Below are positions 13,246 through 24,704 of a stretch of DNA of 64,000 bases, piece after piece. Both the position numbers and the translations under genes were made by a program. Each line of letters starts with the position of its first letter. Position 1 is the stretch's first letter. The notes beneath the pieces are model-generated. The model was not told the origin of the DNA, did not search any database, and was given only the letters and a program-made list of their open reading frames with translations. Source of the DNA: Octopus sinensis (lineage: Eukaryota); assembly GCF_006345805.1 (NCBI RefSeq), contig NC_042999.1:137516001-137580000 (forward strand). The letters run 5' to 3'.

Positions 13246-14276
13246 CTATAATGAAATCCATCAAAATGATAATCCCAAGGACAAAGAAATAAAAACCCAC
13301 AATATGGTAGAAGCCATAGCCATTCATACTGAAAAAGAATACTGGTGGAATGTACCAATAAAGACCTCAATAGAATGTAAGCACAACAGACCTGATATAA
13401 TGATTTGGAATAGAGAAGAGAAACTGTGCACAGTTGTAGAATTTAGTTGCCCAGCGGATGTTAACATAAAGCTAAAGATCAGGGAAAAAGAGAACACTTA
13501 TGCTGAACTAATGAGAAATCTACAGTTACTCTATCCAGATTACAAATTCAGGTTTATACCTGTAATTACTGGGGCCCTGGGATATGTAACACACTGCCTA
13601 AATACCAATCTTGAGGAACAAGGCTTCTCAAACCAGAAAGAAGAAAGCTAATTCGAAAGCTACAGATCCAATCCATCACTGGAACTGTAAAAATCTGTAA
13701 AACTTTCCAGAAGTTTATCATTTAAATATCTTAGCACTCCATCAGTTATGATACAATCAATGAAACAGCTTGCTCACAAAATTAACGTGCAAGTGGCTGA
13801 GCACTCCACAGACATGTGTACCCTTAACGTAATTCTCAGGGAGATTCAGTGTGAAACAATGTGTGACAAGGCTGGCCCTTTGAAATACAGGTACTACTCA
13901 TTTTTGCCAGCTGAATGGACTGGAGTAACAGAGAAATAAAATGTCTTGCTCAAGGACACAACGTATCGCCAGGAATTGATTTCATGACTTTACGATTGTG
14001 AGCAGACCGAATGTCCTAACCACTAAGCCATGTGCCTTCATTATTTGAATATATATGAGCATGTCTAGATATGTAACTCTATGCATGAGAATACATACAT
14101 AAAACATACAAATCTGCACATACATACATACAAGCATAATACATGCATGTGTACATACATACATACAAACAGAAATACCCTGCTGTTGATGTTGAAATTC
14201 CAATGAAGGAAACTTGGACCTTGGTTAGAAACTGGTTCTTTCTCTATTGGCAAGAAATCTTGAAATAAACTGAATG
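13241..14276 (+). mobile_element. R4/Dong-like non-LTR retrotransposon 3' fragment with restriction-like endonuclease (RLE) domain
   Basis: WWNVPIKT...KHNRPDIMIW...VVEFSCPADVN...KENTYAEL...IPVITGALG is a PD-(D/E)xK RLE. After a frameshift, RRKLIRKLQIQSITGTVKICKTFQKFII* ends at 13725. AATAAA at 14264, then (ACAT)n. Confidence 0.88.
13730..14040 (-). mobile_element. tRNA-derived SINE nested in the RLE element 3' UTR
   Basis: Minus strand has tggcttagtggttagg (A box) and gtgtccttgagcaagaca (CORE-like). Imperfect TSD atttaaatat/atttgaatat. Confidence 0.75.
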
Positions 14277-14649
14277 ACATACATACATACATACATACAT
14301 ACATACATACATACATACATACATACATACATACATACATACATACATAATACATACACACACACATGCACACAACAGACTGCCTTCAATTTCTGCCTAC
14401 CAAATCCACTTACAAGGCTTTTGTCAACCTAAGGCTATAGAAAACACTTGCCCAAGGTGCCATGCAGTGGAACTGAACCTGGAACCATGTGGTTGGAAAG
14501 CAAACTTCTAATCACACATCCATGTCTGATGTGTGTGTGTGTGTGGGGGGGGGTTTATATCTCTTTGCCGTCATATTGTGCCATGGTTGTATATAAATAC
14601 ATACATACATACATACATACATACATACATACATACATACATGCATATA

Positions 14650-14688
<39 letters not shown>

Positions 14689-16048
14689 TATATATTGATG
14701 CATCCTTCTTTTCTTCCCATTTCTGTTTTGTCACCATTTTCATTTTATTCCACCTGCAGTTCCTTTTTTTCTCTCCTCTTTCTTATTGAATTTTTTTCTT
14801 CTGTTTAACAAATTCTTATCTTTTGGTATTTTTCACAAAATCTTTCCTTATAATTTGTAAAATATAAATTCATATAGCATGAAAAGTAGGGAATTCTGGT
14901 GTTTCAGAGAACTTGTTTTGTTTGATTCTGGGACCCCAGTCTTTTTTGCAGACTATCACTAGACTATTGGAATTGCTTTTCTCCTTTTATTCCTTTGTCT
15001 CTTACTTTCATCATAATGAATCTTTTAAAATCACAAACAATAGATAAAGGAAGAGGTACAGAGAATAAGAGACAGAGATCTAAAGAGAAAAAGAGAGATA
15101 GTGAAAAATATATACCTAGAGAGAGAGAGGAAATAAGAATAGAGAAAGAGCAGAAAACTAGTGAATAGTGAAAGAGAGATACCAAACCATATAATAGATG
15201 TTAGTGAGAATGGAAGGGGATTATTATATTTTGGTTGAGTGAACCAAGAACTAATAAATATGAACTCAGTGAAATATCAGCAGTGTAAGGGAGTTATTGG
15301 TGCCAGGAATGGCTAGTATATAGATTACTGCAGAATTATTCTGTGAAGAGAAGCTGAAATCTGATACAGTAGATAAAGCAAGCTATAAAATTCCCATTAT
15401 GTATGAAATACATTCTTAAAGAGTTCTCTACTAGGTAGTTAAAGTAGGTCCTACAACTGAAATAGGAGAAGATTAACTTGGAGAAGGTGGGGGTGAGATG
15501 GTTCTTGTTTATTTCATCTGATTCTCAGAGTAAGGTGTTTATCCTATCTACCCAAGACTTCAGTAGAATAAACATAAAATAATGCTGTTTAGCTTGAGGT
15601 TAGTCCTGACTGAGCAGGCCCACACATCAAAAGCATTTCAACATTGACAACCTTCATTTTTTTTTTACTATATCACATCTAGGACTATGTTATCTAATGT
15701 GACTTGCCTTTTTAAGACATTAAGATGTGTGTTGAAGGAAATTTGACTGCTATTTCCAGCAGGTTGAAGCTCTTGCAAGCCCTGTATGAACCACTTTTAT
15801 ATCCCAGCCATTTCCTCTTCAGAGCATTTGTCCTCTCTGCATTTCTTTCCTGTAGTCAAAATATTGGTTTTAAATTTTGGCATAAGGCAAGCAATTTCAG
15901 AGAAGGGGTTAAGTCAATCACACTGACCCCAGTGCTTGAGTGGTACTTGTTTTATTGACCCCTGAAAGGATGAAGGGTAAAGTTAATCTTCGCAGAATTT
16001 GAACTCAGAATGCAAAGCTGGACAAAATGCCACTAAGCATTTTGCCAC

Positions 16049-16136
16049 AACATCTTAACAATTCTTAAACCTTAGTTTAAATGAAATATTAACATCTTAA
16101 CAATTCTTAAACCTTAGTTTAAATGAAATATTAACA
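16049..16136. repeat. Perfect 42-bp tandem duplication
   Basis: aacatcttaacaattcttaaaccttagtttaaatgaaatatt occurs twice. Confidence 0.97.
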
Positions 16137-18929
16137 ATAGTCATCAGACTCAGGGAGCTTCCTGCTAAGACCTTCCTCCAGACTTAGTTAACAATAAGCA
16201 AAAGCATATCAGCTCAAACAAACAGTTTTATATTGGAGTTATTTGAGAATGTAATTATTTTTTTTATCTATTTCACATCATATGAACATTGGTGAGAATA
16301 AATGGGGTGAAGCTGGAAAGATAGATAAAGATAGTGATGATACAGGTGTTAGAGTACCTTCAAGGTATGAAGATTAGATGTGGGCATGGGGGTCAGAAGA
16401 TCAGGAAGGGTGGGTACATAGAGGTTACAAAGGTGGGAATGGAGAGTGAAAGATGGCTAGAAATAGGAGTAGGGGTGAATCTGAGGCTATAGTAGGAAGT
16501 GCTGTGTGATGAGATTGAACTCACAAGCACGTAATTGTGAAGTAAACTTCATAATCACATAGCCATACCTGCACCCATACTCAGATAGGAATTGTTCCCT
16601 AACCACTTGGCAGGTTATTCTTTACTCTATCAGTTCGCTCAACATTTTCCAAATAAAGATTTAAGACTATCAGCAGATTTAAGACTATTCAATATAGAGA
16701 TATGTCATATTCTTGTCGCATTCATCTTATATATAGTTGTGTGGTTATGTTCCTTCTAAGTCATGTGAATGTGTGAGCAGTGACATACAACCAGTGCACA
16801 AAGAAAATTAAATTATGCACCAAAAATTGTTTAATGTTTGCTTAAAGCAAGTGCATAGTTCATATATTCACAGTGATAAATTACCAACTTTAATGGTAAG
16901 TTAACTGCACCAGCAGAGCAACTTTAAGAATAAGAATAATATAAGAATTTATGACACCCATGAGGAAAGACAGCATAATTATCTCAATATTTTGTAGTTT
17001 GCATGAACCCAAGAAATCTAAATACATGTGTGTGTCACTGAGAAAATTCAGTACTTGAGATTAACAGTTGAAGCATGGTACATCAAGATGACTGCATCAT
17101 TGCTATAACTACCAGACCTTAGAAGCTTTAAAAAATACTGTACTGGAGGTAATACAAATAGGACTGATGTATGTTAGAAATTCTTCTGCAGTTGTTAAGA
17201 AAATTATCAACTCAACACAGAATTTAAGGATATAAGGAAGCATTTTCAGCTATTTTGTTGTAAATGTTTTAAGATTACTTGAAAATGCAAAAATTAGTTA
17301 CACATGTAGCTGAAAGTTTGTGGGTGGTACACTTTTACTGGTTTTGGTCTTTGAACACAAGGCCATACAGGAGCACAATTGTCAAACATTCAAGCCAGAC
17401 AGTCATGTCATATGACCTAGATATTCTATGAAGAGTCAGTTACAATATATATGATTCACAAGTTAGGAATATCTACTTTTAACTCTGTAAATATGTGATA
17501 ATAATACAGGTATAGTTGAATACCACAAAGTCCCTTCTAAGCTTTGATCTACCATATCCTAACTCCAGTACTTAGTTTGGTGTTATTTTAGCAATCACCT
17601 GCATTATGGCGCTTTCAGGAGTTACCTCCCTTCTGTGGATGTAAATACTGCATGGTATTTGCACCAGTTTACACATATACAGATACACACATTTGCATAT
17701 GTGTATGCATGAATGAATGAATAAGATCTCACACAGGTTCTATGTACCAGATTTCACTTACAGTCAACCTAAGGATGTAGTAGTTGTCTGAGTTGCAGTA
17801 CAAGGGATCAAGACTCAGAAGGAACTTTATGGTTGCAAAGTGAACTGCTTAACCATACAGAGTAAAAGAATATTGTCAGTAAGAATAATTTTTTATCTTT
17901 TACTTGTTTCAACCATTGGACTGCAACCATGCTGAGGGTACTACCTTGAATAATTTGAGTCATACAAATTGACCCTGGTACTTATTCTATCATTCTCTTT
18001 TACTAAACTCCTAGGTTACTGGGATGTAGAGACATGAACATCAGTTGTCAAGTAGTGGGGGACTAATGTAGGTGCAAAGAAACACACAGAGGCATACACA
18101 TGCATGGATGTGCATGCACACACTCATGTATACACAATGGGCTTCTTTCAGTTTCTGTCAACCAGATCCACTCACAAGGTTTTGTTTAGCCTGGAGCTAT
18201 AGTAGAAGACACTTACCCAAAGCTCCACACAGTGGAACTGAACCTGAAACCTGTGCCTAAATATTTATGAGTTGTGGATCAAGTATATACTAATTGATTG
18301 TTGATAGAATATCTAGGCCATATAGCATGACAGTCTGCTACACTTTCACTAAAGTACTTCTCTACCTCTGAGCCAACATCTTGTCCTTAAGTTATAATGG
18401 AAAACAATAAATAGTAAATGTGAACTCAAACTATTCAGAATGAAATATCTGTGGCTAAATACTATAATAAAAGACAATGATAACCACTTATTTGTTCCAT
18501 GCACTAGCATTATGTTGTAAAATAGAATCAATTCCTTAATTCTTCATGATCAGAAATTATTCATCATTTGGTGATGATAATCTCTTTGACTTTAGATGGA
18601 TACAGAAAGAGGAGCGGTTGTGACGAATATAGTTTCCTAAAAGCTTTAGTGCAATATGTGAAGTGAAAAAAATTTCAACTAGGAATGGAAATTGGGTTAT
18701 AAACTCAATTGTTAGGAGACTATTGCCAATTCTGTACCACTCACAATATTTATGAAGCCTGGTTGGCAATAGCTAATTGTGATTGTTGTCACCGGGTATG
18801 CTAATGTACTGAACCTAATACTCTTACATGAATAAACATACAAACTTTAGGCTATTTCTCAACTTCATATCAAATGAATATAACTTCAACTTGACTTAAT
18901 CTTTTTTCTTTGTTTATCATTACATTTAC

Positions 18930-19203
18930 AAAGAAATTCCAACCAAATTATAACTAAAAGAAATGAAGGCATGCACAATTTTGTATGTAAAAAAAAAACT
19001 TTGTATTAGTTGTTGTTATGTTTGCAGGTACTGAAAACAATTTAGAAGCAATCAGAGGAAAAACGGAATTACTGGATGGTACAGTATACGGAGGTGTTAT
19101 TGGGGTTGTACTAGGACATCATGTTGGTCTGAAAATTCATTTATTTGGAGTGTTTGGCATTGCTGCATTTGCTATAGCCATTGATTATTATTTATGTCAC
19201 TAA
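18930..19203 (+). pseudogene. TIMM22: TIM22 (Tim17/Tim22/Tim23 family) pseudogene, probably a processed 5'-truncated copy
   Basis: KEIPTKL*LKEMKACTILYVK / KNFVLVVVMFAGTENNLEAIRGKTELLDGTVYGGVIGVVLGHHVGLKIHLFGVFGIAAFAIAIDYYLCH* aligns to the Tim22 C-terminal half (KNFAIVGAMF...E...RG...FAAFSAAIDYYLR). Stop at 18951, frameshift in the A10 run at 18989-18998, AATAAA about 14 nt after the stop. Confidence 0.88.
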
Positions 19204-19313
19204 ATCTTGTTAAAAAATAAATTTCTATTGTCATTTTTGTTGTTGTTTTTTTCTTATTAGTAGTTTTACTTACCTCATACCTTTAGGATCTACACTAACA
19301 CCACATTACTACA

Positions 19314-19354
<41 letters not shown>

Positions 19355-21857
19355 GATGTAAGTAGTCATGTCACTTCTCAACAGAAAGAAACCTGTTCCA
19401 TTCTGGCCTCTTCTCTCATACTTTAATCCCTCAATTCCTTACATAAAGCCACCTCTTTCCTTACTGTAGCCCCACTCAGCTGAAGATCTTAATCTGGTGC
19501 CATGAAAAAAGCATCCAGTACATGCTGTTAAGTTGTTAGCATTAAGAAAGGCATCCAGCTATAAAAATCATGCCAAAGCAGATATTGGAGCATAAAGCAG
19601 CCCTTGAACCCATCGGTTTCTATTAGATTGCCTAGCATGGAACATGGATGCTAAAGGGTGATGCTGATGGTGGTGCTAATGATGATGATGATAATTACAT
19701 TATTTTACGGCATAAAGAAAATCATTATAAAGAAAATTTGCCATTTTTCTTGGGTGTGCAATGCTCACCTATCACACCCAGAATATATATATATATGATG
19801 ATGATGATGATATATATATATATATATATATCCCTGCCAGCTGGATTTCTTTGGTAAAACAGTATTCATCTGAATCACTACTTTAACCATAATGACAAAT
19901 GAGATAACATAAACAAATTTAAAAGCTTTACTTTACATTAAAATCCTGATAAAGCCAGTTTTTACTTGTCATCCTTTGATAAAGTTAATACTATTAATTT
20001 GCAATAGACAACTTTTTTTTTTTAAAATATGCCTTGTACTTAATCAAAATAAGTTAATAATTAAATAATGCTGAAAAGATTTAGATAAACATTGCAGAAT
20101 CTAACCAAGTAGATAAGGATTTCTCCTTCATTTTCTATTTAAACAAATTATTTTCTGTATCATTTCCTTGATCTTCATTCATTGTTTTAAATAATTATTT
20201 TAAATTTTTAATATACATTATAACAACAAAATATAATTATAAAAAATAATATTCATATAACTTAATATTATTTATCAGCCAATAAGATAACCTCCAAAAT
20301 TTCCAAAGTAGATTTTATTCACCTTCTTTTCAAGAGTTTCATCCTGATGATTAACTTATTCAAGATCTTACATTCTAAGATAACACACAAACAGACGAAC
20401 CAATGAGAGAACCTACACATGGTTGTTAGCCCTACAAGAAATAGTAGCCAAATTTCCTTCAAATCATACCTTATTATAATAAAAAAGGAAGGACACATTG
20501 ACTAATGTAGTTTTAAAAAAGATGGGTGGTCATAGCTTGAACTCCATTAATTATAAGGATCGTGTTGATTGGAGTTAAGATGGGGTTGAGCCTTAAAAAC
20601 ATCAACATACAACATCATTTAGGGCTGTCTCAAAATTCTGTCTAAACAGAGATGGAAGTTTGTGAAATTTATTTTTAATAGATGTCATCAATATTTGCCC
20701 ATGCTATCCATCATAGCTATTACTATCTTCCTGGTTTTCATCAACTGATAATCATAAACAGTGCCTGATGTACTAAAACTACACTTATTGCTCTTTTCAA
20801 TGCCAAACTTACACTGAGAAATCTCTCGGCTACATTTATGGTTTCTTCTAATGATGCATATCTAAAAATCTACAACACCTTACTTTTGTTTTTGATTTTA
20901 TATTTTATTTAAACCTTTTATTACCATATTTCTGCCTTTGATTCATTTAATTTTGGAAACAAGAATTTCACAAAATATCTTTGTCATTATTAAGTTGGTG
21001 TTTGAAACATAGCAAGAAATTTTGATGGAAGATTTTAATTCAGTTCACTTTAATACAGGAAGTTGGTATCATGAAACCAGGAGCAGTCTCAGGTGATTTG
21101 ATATCAAAAGGATTTTGTGAAAATACAGTGACAGAGACATTAGAGTGTTGGTCTATAGCATTTGGCCTTGTCCATCTTCATTCTAAATTCATATCCCACA
21201 AAAATCAGCATAACTGTAGAGATATGAAAACCAATATACTGGAGTTGATTTAATCAACTTTACCCTTCCATTTAATGTGCTTTTGTGTCTATGTCAGGAA
21301 TCATTATTTTGTATATATAGGTTTGATGATACAATCAAGGGAAATAGAATTCATTACACAAAATAGTTCATATATATTACTTAATAAAGGAAAATAAACA
21401 AGTGTGTGTGTGTGTGTCTGTCTGTGTGTGTGAGGACAGTGAATGGTGCTACTCATAAGACCATACAGTTATTCAGTTGCATTCCTTTATAAAGTGTGTT
21501 CAAATTCTACCAAGAGCTTAACATTTATCTTTCTGTGGTCAATAAAATAAAATATCAATTAAATCAACTCATGCTACAGTTGGTGAACCAGTAAAGGGCA
21601 TCTACAGGGTCACTCTACCTACTAAAAATAATGTGGTAGCAAAATCTTCATCTAACCATAACCCACAATCTTAAAAAAAAACAAAGGCACATTGGATAAT
21701 GTAGTTCTAAATAAATATTCTAAATAAATAGACTATGTCTGGAAAAAAAAAACCAGGGTCATAGATGCAACATCTTTGGAGGAGAATGACTGGATGGGGT
21801 GGGATTGGCTCTTACCTTTGTTAGTCAGAGTGCCCTGGGGTACAAATATACAAAGCC

Positions 21858-22340
21858 CAATCATGACTACCTGTTTGAGAAGGGTAAACTAGGCACATGC
21901 ATCACAACCATATGTGCACAGCATGGTAATCTCCTATCAAGATAAACAGTGCATGACCTTGCAGGTGAAGCCCAGTTAGAATTTTCTTTAGGTCGAGTAG
22001 CCCATCGCACTCAAAAGGTCCCTAAATAAGGTTTGTTTAAGGATGATGAAGAAAACATCCATATTTCCAGAGGTGAATTATTCAAATCCCAAAGAATTCC
22101 TCTCAACACATGGCTATAATGCTCCCCCACTACTTCTGCTTGTGATCAGAGATGCATATATTGTCATCTGGTTATGGTCAAACAAATCTGTGGTATTGAG
22201 CAGAATATTTGTTGTAGCCCATCTTTTATACCAAGACAAAACAATGTACATGATAACACTTCCAATCATTTAAGATCAAAAGCCACAAGAACCACTGCCT
22301 GGTAAGGCATCAGGGCATTTATTATTATTATTATTATAAT
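21858..22340 (+). mobile_element. Unclassified retroposon 3' region ending in (ATT)n
   Basis: A GC-richer block ends gcatcagggcattt(att)n, a typical non-LTR tail. Family not recognised. Confidence 0.4.
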
Positions 22341-22674
22341 TATATACACATTCATAAATATTGACCTTGTTGGGTGTATTAAGTTCCAAAAAGAGTTCAA
22401 TAAGCCTATGAATAGTTCACTGCAACCATTTTATCTTTAGTGAAGGTTTTGAGTTCAGGATAAGTTTTGTTTCAAGATTGATCTCTTGTCTGCGAGAAAG
22501 AAATATGTTCATTTAAATATATATAAAAAAAATTCTTCCTCTCATTTGAAGTTTCAGTACCAAAACATCAGATTCCTCTTTTCCTAGTAATATACAAACT
22601 TATCCAAACTCACATTCAGAGTATAATTTTTGTCACTGTTAACTACCAGCAGTTTCTTTGCACTGTTTTTAACC

Positions 22675-23216
22675 TTAACCCTTTGGCATTCAGATCACCC
22701 TGTCAAATGTAATGCTTATTCATTTATCATCATCATCATCATCATCATCATTGTTTAACATCCGTTTTCCTTGCTAGTATGGGTTGGACGGTTCAACTGG
22801 GGTCTGGGAAGCCAGAAGGCTGCGCCAGGCCCTGTCTGATCTGGTAGTGCTTCTACAGCTGGATGCTCTTCCTAATGCCAACCACTCCATGAGTGTAGCG
22901 GGTGCTTTTTACGTGCCACCTGCACAGGTGCCAGACGAGGCTGGCAAACGGCCACGATCGGATGGTGCTTTTTACGTGCCACCGGCACGGGGGCCAGACG
23001 AGGCTGGCAACGGCCACAATCGGATGGTGCTTTTTACGTGCCACCGGCACGGATTAATTAATCAAGCATTATCTCAGAGCTTATGATGACAACTTGATTA
23101 TTTATTTTTACAGAAACATTGTATGGTAGGTGCGAGAGGTGGATCTGGCTGGTTTGAACATAAAACTGGTAGAATATTTGGACCAGATATGGCCAGTTTA
23201 AATGCTGCAGGGTTAA
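22675..23216. mobile_element. TTAA-flanked (piggyBac-type) MITE with a nested RTE tail (about 22727-23052, minus strand)
   Basis: Termini ttaaccctttggcattc...aatgctgcagggttaa. The nested tail carries ~60-bp internal tandem units. Confidence 0.75.
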
Positions 23217-24224
23217 TCTTTAGGAATGATAAAATAAGTTCCAGACACAACTAGGGATAATTCTATCAACCCTATACTCCCCCACCCTACACTTCACTCT
23301 CATCCTTACAAATATTTAGTGGGAAATCACTGTTCAGTGTGAATTGTGTAAGGAGACATTAAGATGCAAAGAGAGCCCTAATTAGTTTTAATCAGTTGTC
23401 TCTTTGGAGATAAACTAGTTCCCAATAACAGTATAGCTATGACAGAGAGAGGAAGGAGGGAGAGGGAGAAAGGGGGAAAGAGATAAAATATCAAAGAAAA
23501 GAAAGGATAAAAAATAGGACAGTATCGGGATGTTTCTCTAGATATAGAGCCGATATTCCAATCAAATTTATTCATTATTTGATCAATATTCCGAAACAAG
23601 TGAATCAGTGCAAATGTTTTGGGTGTCATATTAGAGATGCTTCATGGTATCTAAATCTGTAATGATGCTTTGTGTATTTACAATCACAACTCATTGGGAT
23701 CAAACATTATACCTTTTCATCCTTCCAGAATCAATTAAATAAGTGTCAGTACAATAATACTGGGTCAGCTAATTGCCAACCTTCCTTTCTCCTCCCAGTC
23801 CAAACTAGCTGTCACTTGGTACTATGGAAAGGTTCAGCAATTCACTGCTATTAGGAGCAGAAGCAGACAGAGTAGTGTTATAACTAGCAAGTATCTTGTT
23901 AGCTTGGAATGCTAAGATTATTATAATACTCTTTTTCTCTCTCTCTGACAAAGCCTGTTTACTAGAGACTAACATTGTTCATATCCAATAAGATAATATT
24001 TCTGAAACTGTTTAAAGGTTCTTACAGGCTGAAATAAGGTCCATTTATCTCTTACCTGTGACTATTATTACTATGATTGCAAATCAATTAGAGAAACTCT
24101 ATAAGGTTGTTCGACCTATAAGACATAATAGCAAAAAAACTCCCTCAAACCACACTTTACAGCAAAGAAAGAAAGAAAGAAAGAAAGGGATAACACAAAT
24201 CTTAGATGCACTGCCTGAAATAAA

Positions 24225-24490
24225 TGAGAATTGCTAAGTTACGGGGATGTAAACACACCAGCATTGGTTGTCAAGCGATGTTGGGGGGACAAACACAAAC
24301 ACACATATATATACTTATACTTATATACGACAGGCTTCTTTCAGTTTCCATCTACCAAATCCACCCACATGGCTTTGGTCAGCCCGAGGCTATAGTAGAA
24401 GACACTTGCCCAAGGTGCCACGCAGTGGGACTGAACCTGGAACCATGCGGTTGGTAAGCAAGCTACTTACCACACAGCCACTCCTGCGCT
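24225..24490 (-). mobile_element. tRNA-derived CORE-like SINE (young copy)
   Basis: Reverse complement of gcgcaggagtggctgtgtggtaagtagc...gttccaggttcagtcccactgcgtggcaccttgggcaagtg. CpGs are retained. Confidence 0.85.
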
Positions 24491-24671
24491 TTTGGTTAAC
24501 TTGTTTTATTAATCATATTTATTTTATTCTTTTACTTGTTTCAGTCATTTGACTGTGGTCATACTGGAGCACCACCTTTAGTCGAGCAAATTGACTCCGA
24601 ACTGCTAAGTTACAGGGACGTAAACACACCAGCATCGGCTGTCAAGTGATGTTGGAGGGACAAACAGACAA

Positions 24672-24704
<33 letters not shown>

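Larger units (their letters stand above)
12884..14527 (-). mobile_element. tRNA-derived CORE-like SINE split by nested insertions
   Basis: The 3' part lies at 12884-13090 and the head at 14372-14527 (cacttgcccaaggtgccatgcagtggaactgaacctggaaccatgtgg). Both match the intact copy at 32244-32630. Confidence 0.8.

Noticed and set aside
16950-17400. Possible LINE AP-endonuclease relic (GFGL*TQGHTGAQL)
   Set aside because: Similarity too weak to support without a profile search.
18349-18800. Possible L1/Tx1-like relic on the minus strand
   Set aside because: Only scattered residue matches and no diagnostic motif.
19018-19203. Functional TIM22 gene
   Set aside because: Contiguous upstream homology has a stop and a frameshift, conserved small residues are replaced, and no N-terminal exons were found. 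Treated as a pseudogene.
20300-20880. Possible pogo/Tigger HTH relic (REISQCKFGIEKS)
   Set aside because: A single short motif with no TIRs found.
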